Positions 1-11,758 are shown, numbered from the stretch's first letter. The stretch: 64,000 nt of DNA from an uncultured Phycisphaerales bacterium (GCA_963755915.1 CAVWLP010000002.1:1792001-1856000); one strand, 5' to 3'. The notes: generated by a model from the letters alone, not told the origin. Numbers and translations are program-made.

Positions 1-136
1 GATCGCCGGGGGGTGGGTGGCGTTTATCTCTGTGGCGCTGGGACTGGCGTTCGCAGTGCTCGGATCAACCGCGGGGGCGTGCGTGTGTGGCCAGTTAAGG
101 AGGACCAAAAAAACTGATACGCCTACAAGGGCTTAG
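1..136 (+). CDS. 3' end of a probable membrane protein (partial)
   Basis: Frame 2 reads IAGGWVAFISVALGLAFAVLGSTAGACVCGQLRRTKKTDTPTRA*, a hydrophobic stretch then a basic tail, ending just before a terminator hairpin. Confidence 0.4.
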   Translation, partial: IAGGWVAFISVALGLAFAVLGSTAGACVCGQLRRTKKTDTPTRA

Positions 137-180
137 CATCATGTCTGGCAGTGAATGCACTTATGGCATTCAGTGTCGGC

Positions 181-221
181 AAAAAATCCCTCTCCTGATT
201 AGCAGCAGGAGAGGGATTTTT
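181..221. terminator. Bidirectional intrinsic terminator
   Basis: AAAAATCCCTCTCCTG-N8-CAGGAGAGGGATTTTT perfect stem with A/T tails, between convergent genes. Confidence 0.85.
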
Positions 222-226
222 CGTTC

Positions 227-3081
227 TTACGAGAGGCATCCTGCGATGAAGTTGCTGCAGAACTCGGCGTAGGTCAGCGTGGCGATGCCCTGGCTGTTTT
301 CCAGCGAGTCGCCGGAGAAGCCCCAGGGGTTGCGAACCGTGAAGGTCATGTTGCCGCCCACGTCGGAAACGCTGAGCAGCGTATACGCGTGATCCCCCAC
401 CAGGTTCGGCGGTGAGTCGCTGGTGCCGAGGGTGATCGAATCGCCGGCGGCGAGGTCGCTGGACATCTCGCTGTAAAGGATGCTCTGCGAGAGGGCTGAC
501 GGCACAAACTCTTCGGAAGAGAGTCCGAAGTCACCGTAGACCTCGCCCATCCACCCGCTGGCGATGGAGGCGTAGGTGTTGGCATCCGTGCGGTAGTAGG
601 CGAACGCCTTCTCGATCACGGCGGCCCAGATGGTTCCGTTGGCGCCGGGGTGGGCGTATTCATATCCGTCAAATCCGCCGGTGGAGAACTGGTTGGAGAC
701 GCGGACGTAGGTCGGCGTGCTGCCGTTCATGAACTGCACGACGTAGGTTCCGTCACCCATATCGACGGCTGATTGGACGAGCAGATTGGGATCCTGCTGG
801 GCAAAGGCGGCGAGGCTGGCGATGAGATAGCAGTCGCCGCTCTCACCCTGGTTGGCGTCGGCGGCCACTGGTCCGGTTCCGAAGAGGGAGGCGCTGAATG
901 CGGCGGTCGCGCCGGCGTCGCTCGGGTTGGCCAGTGCGGCCCCATAGGCCTTGCTTACGCCGCCGGCGAAGCTTGCCACGCGGTGGACGTTGCCGCTGCC
1001 CGTGTAGCTGTCGGTTGAGTCGATCCAGGCCGTCACGTCGGTGCCGGCGCTGTCGATCGTCGTTAATGCGCCGTCGATGGTTTCCAGCGTGACGAAGGAG
1101 GTGACGGTTGAAGCGATATCGATCGTGTCCGTTCCGCCGCGGGTGTAGATGAACAGCCCACCGGGCGTGGAGGCGTCGGTGAAATTCTCGCCGTCGGCGT
1201 CGATGGTGAAGGTGCCGGCGGATTCGGAGACGGAAATCGTGTCGTCCGTGCCGGTGGAGTTGACGACCAGCTCATCGTCGCTGTAGCGCGAGGTGATGGT
1301 CACCGTATCTTCCTGCGTTTCCGGGACAACCTGGCTGGCGGCAACCGACGGCGTTGAAGTCGTCGCCGCGTCGAACGCCTCGATTTCGTAGTAATACGTG
1401 GTGCCCGAGGTTACGGTTGGGTCGGTGTAGCTGTTGCTGGATACGCCGTTGACTGTTCCGATGCTGGTGAACGTTGAATCGTTCGTCGAGCGCAGGACGT
1501 AGTAGCCTGTGGCGGAGGGATCTTCGTCGGTCCAGTTGAGGACGATCGAGCTTCCCGAAACGGTGGCCCCAAGCGCGCCGGGGCGCTGAGGGGCGTGGTG
1601 GCGGTTGCGGAGGCGCAAGCCGCCGAGGTCGTCGAGCCGTTGCTGGCCTCGATCTGGTAGTAATAGAGCGTTCCGGACGTGGTGGAATTGTCGGTGTAGG
1701 CTGTAACCGCGCCCAGCGTGGCGATCTGGGTGAAATTGACGTTGTTGGTGGAGCGGAGGACGTAATATCCGGTTGCGCCGGCTGCCGCGGTCCAGTTGAG
1801 CTGCACGGAATTTCCGGAAGCTTGCGCGGTCAAGCCGCTTGGCGTGCCAAGCTGCGCCTGGGCGGGGAGGGAGGCGCTGGCGGTATTGGAGACGCCGGAG
1901 GCGGTGACCATATTCACGGCGACGATGTCGTAGTAATAGGTCGTGCCGGCGGCGCCGGTGTTGTCGACATACGTATTGGCTGTCGCGCCGCTGATGGTGG
2001 CGATCTGCGAGAAATTCACATCATCCGTCGAGCGGTAGAGATAGAACCCCAGCGCGGTCGGATCGTTGGCCGTCCAGCTCAGATCCACGGAAGATCCGGA
2101 AGGCGTCGCCGCCAGATTCGTCGGCGTCGCCAGGGGCGTGACCACGTTTGCGACGTTGGAAACGCCCGATGCGGCGACCGTATTCACGGCGACAAGCAGG
2201 TAATAATAGCTCGTTCCCGCCGCTGCCGTTGCGTCGGTGTAAGAATTAGCCGTCGCGCCGCTGACGGTGGCGATCTGCGAGAAATTCACGCCGTTGGTCG
2301 AGCGATAGACGTAGAAACCCAAGGCGTTTGAATCGTTGGGCGTCCAGTTCAGCGAAACCGAAGAACCCGACACGCTGGCGCTCAGCCCCGTCGCTGCGAC
2401 CAGCGGCTTAACCGCCGTCACCACGTTCGACGCCGCAGAGCCGGCGACAGTGTTGACGGCCATGACCGTGTAGTAATACGCCGTCCCGGTCATCCCCGTG
2501 CCATCGGTGTAGGTATGTGCGGAGGCCCCGGCGACGGTGGCGATCTGGGAGAAATTGACGCCGTTTGTCGAGCGGAAAATATAAAACCCCAGCGCATCCG
2601 GATCGTTCGGCGTCCAGTTCAGGGTGACCGCGGTTGTGCTGGCACTGGCCGTCAGGCCCGTGGCCGCTTTCAGCGGCGTCGTCGTGCCGGCGAAGTTTGA
2701 GTCCGAAGCGGTGGACCCGTTTACCGCCTGGACCGTGTACTGGTAGGTCTGCCCCGAGGCGACCGTCGTGTCGGTGAAGCTATTTGCGGTTTTAGCGGTC
2801 AGCGTTCCCACTTCGGTGAACCCGCCGCCGTTGGCGGAACGCCAGATTCCATAGCTGGTGACGGCCGTTGTGTTGTCCGTCCAGTTGAGCTGCACCGCCG
2901 ACGGCGAACTCGCCGCGGCCGTGAGGCCGGTGGGGGCGGGAACGGTGCTGGACATGAGGAGCCGGTCTTCCAGCCGCTCGAAATTGCAGGCGTTTTGCAA
3001 CGCCCGGCGGGTGCGCGGCTTTACCGGGATGCCAATTGAGAGGCCGTGGGCGAGGTTGTGTTGGCGTGCTATGCGGTTCAT
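227..3081 (-). CDS. Secreted protein: LEPR-XLL-type N-terminus, tandem fibronectin type III repeats, C-terminal calpain-like (peptidase C2) domain; frameshift near 1590
   Basis: FERLEDRLLMS motif; about six repeats of W-T..Y.I/VYRST....F.QIAT......YTD......YYY; triad motifs QGESGDCYLIA, HAYTLL, RNPWG; ORFs 1411..3150 and 227..1618 joined. Confidence 0.85.
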
Positions 3082-3248
3082 TTCTCGGCTCCTCCAAGAT
3101 GGGTAATCCAATTCGATTGCACCGGAGTCAAATCCCCATCCCCGGGGCAATCGAATCAGTACCCAGCGCCTTCATCGGCCGGGAAATAGCGAGAATATTC
3201 GAATGTTGATATGTAGCGTTTAAGGAGGCGGGGCAGTCTTATCGGAGC

Positions 3249-6200
3249 CTAATATTCCAATTCTTCCACCGGCAAACTCATTGCGGGAGTCTCATCCGGA
3301 ATTTCCGCTACTTCCGATCCGGGGAAGAGCGGCTGCTGCTGGGCCTTGGTTCTTCGTGTTCCGTCGCCTGCCAGTTCAACCCGCCCATGGCCATTTAGAG
3401 CGAACTCCAGCTCTTCCTTCAGCGCGGGCGTGGCGCGGATCCACCACTGTTTGTCGAGGGCGATCAGGGCCCGCTTTTCGCCGGTCGCGGGGACGCTGAG
3501 ATATGTCTGGCAGTTTCCCTGGTGCTTGCTGAGAATGCCCTTGAGCTCGCGAAGGGTTTCGATTGCGCCGTCAATCCTGTCGATTTCGACTTTCACGCCG
3601 CGCGTGAAGCGCGCCATTGCCTGCGAAATCGGAATAAGTTCGTTGACGATAATTCCCGGCGTTTCCCGGCGCCGATCTACTTTTCCTTTTACGAAGACGA
3701 TCTGCTCGAGCGCGACGATGCCGGGCTGGGCTTCGTTGATCTTCTCAAGGCTCTCGGCAAAAATCGTGGCTTCGATCTGGCCGTCGAGATCTTCCAGCGT
3801 GATGATGCACATCGGCTGGCCGGCGGAACGGCCGGTCTTGGTGACGGCGCGCTTTACGCGGTTGATCAGGCCGCCGATCGTCACTTCCGTGCCCTCGGGC
3901 ATGGCTTTGATTTCGCGGGTGTTGGCCGTCGAATAATTCAGCAGCGCCGCCTCGTGCTCGGTGAGCGGATGATTCGTGATGTAGAAGCCAAGCAATTCCT
4001 TCTCGAATTTCAATAACTCGGCCCCGGCAAATTCGGGAATGTCCGGCAGTACATCGACCGGCCTGGAGGCGGTTTTGTTTTCGCCGCCGCCGAACATATT
4101 CAACTGCCCCATGCGCTTGTCCTGCTGCGACTGTTGGCCCATTTCCACGGCACGCTCGAGGATGGCGACAAGCTGGGAGCGCTTGGCCTTTAGCGAGGAA
4201 AACGCTCCGCATCTTACGAATGCCTCGACGGTGCTGCGCGTGACCTGCCGCTGGTCTACGCGTTCGCAGAAATCGTAGAGGCTGGTGAAGGCGCCAGTTT
4301 TCTTTCGCTCGGCGATGACCGCTTCGACCGCTTTTTCACCGACGCCGCGGACGGCCATCAGGCCAAAGCGAATGGCTGCCGATCCCTTTGCATAGACCGG
4401 CGTGAAATCTTTGTCGGAGACGTTGATGTCCGGCGGCCTGCACGGTGATTCCGCGCGTGCCGCTGGGCTGTGTGATCCGGCGGCATTCCTCGATGTATTC
4501 GACCACCTTGTCGGTCGAGCCCATTTCGAACGTCAGCAGGGCGGCCATGTATTCGACGGGATGATAGGTCTTCATATAGCGCCGTCTGAAACGCGATGAT
4601 GGCGTAGCGCGTGGAGTGGCTCTTGTTGAAGCCGTAGCCGCCGAATTTCAGGATCAGCTCAAAAATATCCTCGGCCTTCGACTTGCTGACGCCGTTTGCC
4701 TCGGCGCCTTTGAGGAAGTCGGGCTTGTATTTGGCGATGACGTCGGATTGTCTTTTTGCTGATGGCCTTGATCAGTTTGTAGGCGGCGCTCAGCTCGATG
4801 CCGCCGAGCTGGTTGAAAATCTGCATCACCTGTTCCTGGTAGACCATGATGCCGTAGGTTTCGGCGAGGATGCGGTCCATGATCGGATGGACCTGCGGCA
4901 CGGGCTCTTTGCCGTGCTTGCGATTGCAGTAGAGCGGAATCAGCTCCATCGGCCCGGGGCGATAGAGGGCGTTGGCGGCGATCAGATCTTCCAGCCGGTC
5001 CGGCTGCATCTTCATCAGCAGGTCCTGCATTCCGCCGGATTCAAACTGGAAAATGCCTTTGGTTTCGCCGCGGCAAAAGAGGTCGAGGACTTTTTGTCGG
5101 TGAAATCGACCTTCTCGATGTCGATGTCGATTCCCTTGGTCTGCTTTACAAGCTCGATGGCGCGCTGAAGCGAGCGTGAGCGTGCGCAGGCCGAGAAAAT
5201 CCATTTTCAGCAGGCCGACTTTTTCGACGATTGGGCCTTCGAATTGGGTGAGAAGATCGTCGCCGCTTTTGTAGAGCGGGACAAATTCATCCAGCGGCTG
5301 ATCGGCAATCACCACGCCGGCGGCGTGCATCCCCGCGTTGCGGCAAAGGCCTTCCAGCCTTTTGCCGATCTCGATGATCTGCTGAACCTGCGAATCCTCT
5401 TTAAAGAGCTTGGCTAAATCCGGCGACTGGGAGAGGGCCTTGTCGAGATTCATCCCGGGGACGCCGGGAATCAGCTTGGTGATTTTGTCGGTGACCGCCA
5501 GGGGCACGCCGAGGACGCGGCCGACATCTTTGCAGACCGCGCGGGCGGCGAGCGTGCCGAAGGTGATGATCTGGGCGACGTGCCCATATTTGTTGCGCAC
5601 GTATTCGATGATCTTCCCGCGGCCCTCCTGGCAGATATCGATATCGATATCAGGCATTTCATTTCGGCTCGGATCCATGAACCGCTCGAAGAGCAGGCCG
5701 TATTTGATCGGATCGACATTGCACAGGCCGAGCAGATATCCGACCATCGTGCCGACGCCGGAGCCTCTGGCGCCGACGGGAATTCCCTCTTTGCGGGCGA
5801 AGTTGCAGAAATCCCAGACGATCAGGAAGTAGGAGCAGAAATTCTTGCTGGTGATGATCTTCAGTTCGTAGTCCAGCCGCTTGCGGATTTCCTCGGAAAC
5901 CTCGCGCGTGCCGTATCGCCACTGGAGGCCCTCCTCGCAAAGCTGGCGAAGATATCGAGCGTCTTCGGGCGCATCGGCGGACGATTCGTCCTTGATTGCG
6001 CCTTTGGGCACGCGATAGACCGGGGCATGGCGCTTGCTGAAATCGAGCGTGACATCGCACATGGCGGCGATTCGCGAGGTGTTTTCGATCGCCTGGTCGA
6101 AGCTGCCCCAGTGCCTCGGCCATTTCCTGCGGGCTTTTGAGATAGAGCTCCGTGGGGTATTTCAGGCGGCTCTCGTCCGTAATCAGCTTCCCCATGCTGA

Positions 6201-6882
6201 TGCAGCAGAGAATATCGTGGGCGTGGTGGTCCTCTTTTTTCAGAAAATGGACGTCGTTGGTCGCCACCAGCCCAACGCCGAGCTTTTTCGCCAGCTCGGC
6301 AAGCTCGGGATTGACGCGTTCTTGTTCCTCGACGTGTTTCTGCACTTCGATGAAGAATCGATCCGGTCCGAAAATGTCCAGATAGGTTTCGGCGATTTTT
6401 TTCGCGGCCTTCGCGTCGCGCCGGGTGAGGCATGAGGGAATCTCGCCGCCGAGGCAGGCGCTGGTGGCGATCAATCCCTCCCGGTATTCCCGAAGAATTT
6501 CCTTATCGATCCGCGGCTTGTAATAGAAACCCTCCCGATACGCGAGGCTCGAAAGCTTGATGAGGTTCTGATACCCCTTCAGATTCTGGCATAAAAGGAT
6601 GAGGTGATAAGCGGCGTCGCTGCCGGTTCCGCTGGCGCTGCTGCGGTCGCGGCGATCGCCCGGCGCCATGTAGGCTTCCATTCCCAGGATCGGCTTGATC
6701 CCGGCCTTGTTGCATTCGTTGAAGAACTCGACGACCCCGAACATGCACCCGTGATCGGTGATCGCCAGGCTGTCCATCCCCAGTTCCTTGGCGCGTCCGA
6801 CCAGCTCGGGGATTTTGCTGGCGCCGTCCAGCAGGGAGTAATGCGTGTGGCAATGCAGATGAACAAAGCTTCCTCGATCCAT
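3249..6882 (-). CDS. dnaE: DNA polymerase III alpha subunit (several apparent sequencing frameshifts)
   Basis: FVHLHCHTHYSLLDG PHP domain, ARGSGVG, MPDIDID, GLLKMDFLGL, GYGFNKSH, EKELLGFY and OB fold spread over ORFs 5659..6912, 4659..6062, 4336..4575, 3249..4358. Confidence 0.97.
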
Positions 6883-6974
6883 GGAGCGATTGTTAAGCGC
6901 TCCACCCCGCAAGTAAAGCCCCGGAATTCGATCCTTCGAAATCCCGCTTTTTCGGCTATATTCTTAAGTCCGCC

Positions 6975-8140
6975 ATGGCAAAAGCTGATAAACCTTCAAA
7001 GCCGGCCCAGCGCGAAACCGGAAGAAAGCATGGCTTCAAAAATTCAACTCGCCGGAAGGATGCGGGGGGCTTTGCGTTCGCTCGTCCCCGTAGCGCTCAA
7101 CATTGCTTCAGCCGGCGGCGATTTCGAACCCCTCGAACACCAAGGTCTTCGCGCCGCTGCCTGCGCGACTGGCCTGACGATCCGCAATTTATTCCTGGCT
7201 GGAATTCGCTGCTCAAGCAGAATCCCTGGGCCACGGTTTTTCGCTCGCCCGCCTGGCAGTCCGCGGTGGTTAACGAATTCGTTCCCGCCGGGCTCTTCCG
7301 TTTGATCACCGTTTCCCGAAACGACGAGCTGCTGGCGGTTTTGCCGCTGGCGCTTAACACCGCCTCCATGCTCGAAACGCCTGGCCGATGGGTTACCGAC
7401 TATCTCGATTCTCTCGTTGATGCCCAATCTGCCGAGGCGTGCTGGGAAATCATCCTCGGTCTGCTCGGTAACCTGTGGGACTGGTCCGTGGGCGCGGTGG
7501 TCTTTCATCACGTCCGGGCGGATTCGAACATGCGTCAGATTCTCCCGGTACTGGGGCCCAAGTTCGGATTCCAATACCAGGAATCCCTTACCACCAGCGC
7601 CCTTATCTGGAGCTACCCAAAACCTGGGACGAATATCTTGCCTCCATCGATTCCCACGAGCGCAAGGAGATGAAGCGTAAGGTGCGAAACGCCCAGACCA
7701 AGGCCAATCTCCAGTGGCGGACGTTCCGCACGGAAGAGGAATTGCTCCCGGCGCTGGAGCGCGCTCTTTCGGCCATGCGGCAATCCGAGGCCCCAAAGGC
7801 CGATTTCACGGATGAGGTTCTCGTGGGCTTCCTCAACCGGCTCTGTCCGGTGCTCTGCCGGCAGGGGGATTTCTTTCTACAGGAACTGGTTTTGGAAGAT
7901 AAGCCCTCCGCGTGGCTGCTTGGGCTGCCCAGCGAACGCGGGCCGATGATTTACAACACCGCCTACGATTTCACGCAGAAGCAGTGGAGCCCTGGAATCG
8001 TGGCGTTTGCAATGTCGATCCAGGAGGCCATCACGGCCGGCGCGCCGGTTTACAATTTTCTCCGCGGCGCTGAGGAGTATAAAGACCGGCTCGGTGCTAA
8101 AGACCTCCAACTGCTCAAGATTCAGCTCATTCCGACCTGA
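6975..8140 (+). CDS. GNAT family N-acetyltransferase, CelD/BcsL-like (frameshifted; start may be 7030)
   Basis: VFRSPAW, LLAVLPL, TDYLD, PYLELPKTWDEYL, WSPG, YNFLRGAEEYKDRLGA motifs over ORFs 6975..7673 and 7475..8140. Confidence 0.8.
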
Positions 8141-8467
8141 GTTCAGCCACCCCGTCAGCAACCCGCCTCGGCGTTAAGACATCCCTTCCGAAGGGCTTAA
8201 TTTAGGTATATGATCGCCTTATCGGACGATTGAGCCCCTGAAATTGGCCTGATCGGGCGATGTGGTGTATATCCATGATTGAGCGGAATACGCTGCGGTG
8301 AATCATCGAGGATTCGCCGTTTTGATCATCATCTGCAATTCGCGGCCGCCTTCCCACGGAAGGATCACGCAGCCGCAGCGAAGGGCCAGAAGAGTGCGTA
8401 GCACGTTGGGGCCGTCGCGGGATTGAAGGATTTGAACAACTTGTTGTTGGGAGACGAATGGACCGCC

Positions 8468-9682
8468 ATGACTGAGCGGACGCTTCACATTTCGCCGGAC
8501 CACTCCTCACGCGAGGATCGGTTCGATCGCTTTCGCCTGATCGGGTGGTGGGACCAGTCCCGCCTGGCCGCGGCGAAGGTGCTCGTTGTCGGGGCGGGTG
8601 CGCTCGGCAACGAAATCATCAAGAACCTGGCGCTGCTGGGCGTGGGGAATATTCTCGTCGCCGATCTCGACCGGATTGAGAATTCCAATCTTTCGCGCTC
8701 CGTGCTTTACCGCGAATCGGACAATGGGCGTTTCAAGGCTGAAGTTGCCGTCGAAACGGCCCGGTCCATTTATCCCGACATCCGGGCGCACGCGTTTAAC
8801 GGGAATATCGTTCACGACCTGGGCATGGGCGTTTTCCGCTGGGCGGACGTTGTGATCGCGGGGCTGGATAATCGCGAAGCGCGGCTCACGATCAATCGCT
8901 ATTGCCACAAAGTCAATCGCCCGTGGATCGACGGGGCGATCGAAGCCATTGCCGGCACGGCCCGGGTTTTCCTGCCGGGCGACGGGCCCTGCTATGAATG
9001 CACGATGTCGCAGACGGATTGGCAGCTTCTCCAGGCCCGCCGGTCGTGCAATCTGCTGACGCGCTCGGAGATGGAGCAGGGGAAGACGCCGACGACGCCG
9101 ACCATCGCGTCGATTATTGCGGCGGTTCAGTGCCAGGAGGCGGTGAAGCTGATTCACGGGCTGCCGACGATCGCCGGCCGGGGGTGGGTATTTGAGGGTC
9201 TTTCCGCGGATTCGTACCTGGTCGATTACCAGCGGAAGGAAGATTGCCTGAGCCACGAAACACTTGACGAAATTCATTCGCTCGACGCCGGCGTGGAAGA
9301 GATGCCGATCGGCGATTTGCTGAACGAAGCGCGGCGGCTGGTGCCTGGCGCTCAACTGGAACTCGGCCGCGAAGTGCTTCAGTCGCTGGACTGTCCGCGC
9401 TGCGGCCAATCGGAAGAACTGTTTGTTTCGCTCGGAAAAGTCCGTGCGGAGAAGGCGTTTTGCCCGAACTGTTCCGGCGTCCGCCGGAGCGTCAAAAGCT
9501 TTTTCCAGATCGGAAGCGAAAGGGGATTGCTGAACCGGACGCTTGCCCAGATCGGCGTGCCGCCGCTGGACATCGTCATCGCCCGAAACGGCGCCCAAGC
9601 CGTCGGGCTAGAACTGGCCGCGGACCAGAAACGCGTCCTCGGCCCGCTTGTTTTAGAAACGGAGGCTCTGTCATGGGAGTAA
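8468..9682 (+). CDS. Ubiquitin-activating E1-like enzyme (ThiF family) with catalytic Cys and a C-terminal Zn-finger/ubiquitin-fold-like domain
   Basis: VLVVGAGALGNE, DLDRIENSNLSR, LDNREAR, PCYEC and EDCLSH Zn ligands, RRSCNLL followed by TPTTPTIASIIAA; C-terminal CPRC and CPNC pairs. Confidence 0.92.
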   Translation: MTERTLHISPDHSSREDRFDRFRLIGWWDQSRLAAAKVLVVGAGALGNEIIKNLALLGVGNILVADLDRIENSNLSRSVLYRESDNGRFKAEVAVETARSIYPDIRAHAFNGNIVHDLGMGVFRWADVVIAGLDNREARLTINRYCHKVNRPWIDGAIEAIAGTARVFLPGDGPCYECTMSQTDWQLLQARRSCNLLTRSEMEQGKTPTTPTIASIIAAVQCQEAVKLIHGLPTIAGRGWVFEGLSADSYLVDYQRKEDCLSHETLDEIHSLDAGVEEMPIGDLLNEARRLVPGAQLELGREVLQSLDCPRCGQSEELFVSLGKVRAEKAFCPNCSGVRRSVKSFFQIGSERGLLNRTLAQIGVPPLDIVIARNGAQAVGLELAADQKRVLGPLVLETEALSWE

Positions 9683-10483
9683 CGCAATCCACTGCCACGG
9701 AAACCGAAAATAGCGGCGGACTCGACTTCGCCCACCTGCCGCGCCGCGAGCTGATCAAGCTCAACGGCCTGCGCAGCGTCTCTTTCCAGGTCGTTGCCCG
9801 CCAGTCGGCGCTCAACCGCATTCACGTTCACGGCGATTCGTCGCCGCGCGGAAGTCTGCGGCGTGCTCGTCGGGGATGTTTATCACGACGAAACCGGTCC
9901 CTTCCTGCTTATCGAGCACATCATCGAAGGACAGGCCGCCACCGGCAGCGCCGGGCAGGTGACCTTCACCGCCGACACCTGGCAGCACATTCAGCTCCTG
10001 ATGGATCGGCAGTATCCGGACCTCCGCATCGTTGGGTGGTATCACACGCATCCGGGGCATGGGATCTTCCTCTCCGAGATGGACGTTTTCCTGCACGAGA
10101 GCTTCTTTGGTCTTCCCTGGCAGGCGGCGTTGGTTTATGACCCGCGCAGCGGCGATGAGGGGATCTTCAGCGCCCATGAGGGACAGGCGCACCGCCTTGA
10201 ATATGTGGTCGAATCGGACGAGCCTTCGGTCAGTGGGCCACCTTCGCCGGTGCTTTCGCCGGAGGCAGCGGCGCCTCTTTCAACAATTGAGCCGGTGCAG
10301 ACGAAGGCCAATGCTCCGCTGGCTTACAAGCGGAAACGGCCGGTCTGGGTGCCGATGGGCAAAATGGTGCTGGCTTTTATCGGACTAGTCCTGTTTGTGG
10401 CCATGGGCGGGCTGCTGGGCCTGCTTATCCGAATGCAGCATTTACAGCTTCCCTATTGGATTCAGCAGATGGCTCATGGATAA
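9673..10483 (+). CDS. JAB/MPN (Mov34) metallo-isopeptidase with C-terminal TM helix (frameshift near 9850)
   Basis: EVCGVLVG plus VGWYHTHPGHGIFLSEMD JAMM motif; GGAGG RBS before ATG 9673, which overlaps the E1 stop; hydrophobic MVLAFIGLVLFVAMGGLLGLLI. Confidence 0.92.
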
Positions 10484-10494
10484 TCTATGGGCGT

Positions 10495-10578
10495 GGTAAT
10501 GGGTTAACTGCGTGTAGCCCCAGGTTGGCGAGGCTCGATGTTGAGCCTGCTCAGGCTTCTGGGGGTTAACCCATTGCC
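10495..10578. other. Long intergenic stem-loop
   Basis: GGTAATGGGTTAAC pairs with GTTAACCCATTGCC; inner CCCCAG/CTGGGG and AGGCTC/GAGCCT stems. Confidence 0.7.
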
Positions 10579-10673
10579 TCCTGCCCCAATGGATTGGCGC
10601 AACGATTTTTGAGCCCTGATCCGGCCCGCTGGGATTGTCGGCCGTGCATGGCGTTTTGTTTGCGGCAGTTCGC

Positions 10674-11758
10674 ATGGCCAGCGTCGTTATCCATTCAGAA
10701 GAGCCCATCCAGGCTGCGTCTTTTTCCAGCGCGTCCTGATCGGGCGCAAGCCTTTCAACGGGATCCAGTTTGGGCAGCGAATCGTTTCCAGGATCCACGC
10801 CTGGATCGACAAGGACGGCGACGACTTTTATATCCGCGACGCCCGCAGCCGCGGGGGGACCTTCGTCAACGGGAAGCGCACCAACGGAAAGATCATTCTG
10901 CACGACGGGGATGAGATTCGCATCGGCACGTCGAAGATGACGTTTCACGACAGCGACGAAATTCCCGAGCACGCAGTAACCTTCCAGATTGCCGAGGACG
11001 GGACCAATCCGGGATTTGAGGATCCGGGAATTCTCATTGCCTGCGAGGCGTGCAGCGCACCGATGTGGGTGCCGGCGAGCATGGCGGGGGCCTTTGGGCG
11101 ATGCGGGATTTGCAGCGGGGAGATCAATGTTCCGGGGGAGCCGGCATCGGGCATCCGCCGGCCGCTGACGCCGAACGATTCGATTGTCGATATGCCGGCA
11201 ATCAAGCAGCCGGTCGATCTGGGGGAATCGGCACGGCCGTTTGATCCGCTGGCGGTGGATATGCCGCAGCCCAAGCCGGAGGCCGCCGCGAGAACCTGCG
11301 GCGTGTGCCAGAGCCCGATTCTTCCCGGAGAGGCGACCATCCCCTGCACGAGCTGCTCGCAGGTTTATCATGCCGAGTGCTGGTATGAAAATCGGGGATG
11401 CGCCGCGTATGGGTGCGCGCAGGTTGGGGCGCTGGATACGAAAACAGAGGAGCCGGAGCCGGCGCTTGCGGCCAGGACTGCCGCACCGGTCGCCGCGGCT
11501 CCCCAGCCGGCGTCGCGGCCATTTCCCTGGGATTTTGCCCTGCTGGGAGGGAGCGTTCTGGGCAGCGTCTTCGGTGCGTTCACGTTTGGGCTGCCGGCGC
11601 TTTTGGTGGGGGCTCTGTCGATTATCTATGCACGGCGGCAGCGAAATGGGAGTCATCGCCTTGCAACGATCGCTACGGTTATCTGTGTGGTGGGTGTGGC
11701 CGGTGGGGTTATCACCAGCAGCATCATCTTCAATGTTCCACTGTGGAGAGGCCGATGA
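10674..11758 (+). CDS. FHA + Zn-ribbon + prokaryotic RING-type finger + C-terminal TM helices (putative E3 ligase; frameshift near 10725)
   Basis: In frame upstream of ORF 10937: VLIGRKPFNGIQFGQRIVSRIHAWI..D..SRGGTFVNG..LHDGDEIRIG (FHA); CEAC-x16-CGIC; C-x2-C-x12-C-x2-C-x4-H-x2-CW-x5-C-x4-C at 11297-11416; hydrophobic C-terminus. Confidence 0.85.

Noticed and set aside
3249-6882. dnaE split into four or more ORFs (pseudogene, intein or programmed frameshifting)
   Set aside because: Similar small indels break many unrelated genes in the window (dnaK, nadE, yceI, purE, the pseudouridine synthase), all catalytic motifs are present and there is no intein-sized insert. Sequencing error is the simplest explanation.
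8141-8467. Possible riboswitch, sRNA or small ORF upstream of E1
   Set aside because: I recognised no RNA family or strong stem, and the short ORFs lack protein-like features.
10470-10483. JAB protein ends in Gly (QMAHG) and could itself be the conjugated modifier
   Set aside because: It is a single Gly after a TM helix, predicted to be on the opposite side of the membrane from E1.
9840-10740. Frameshifts in the JAB and FHA-RING genes as evidence of decay
   Set aside because: They match the error pattern seen in essential genes and all active-site residues are intact; read polishing is needed to be certain.
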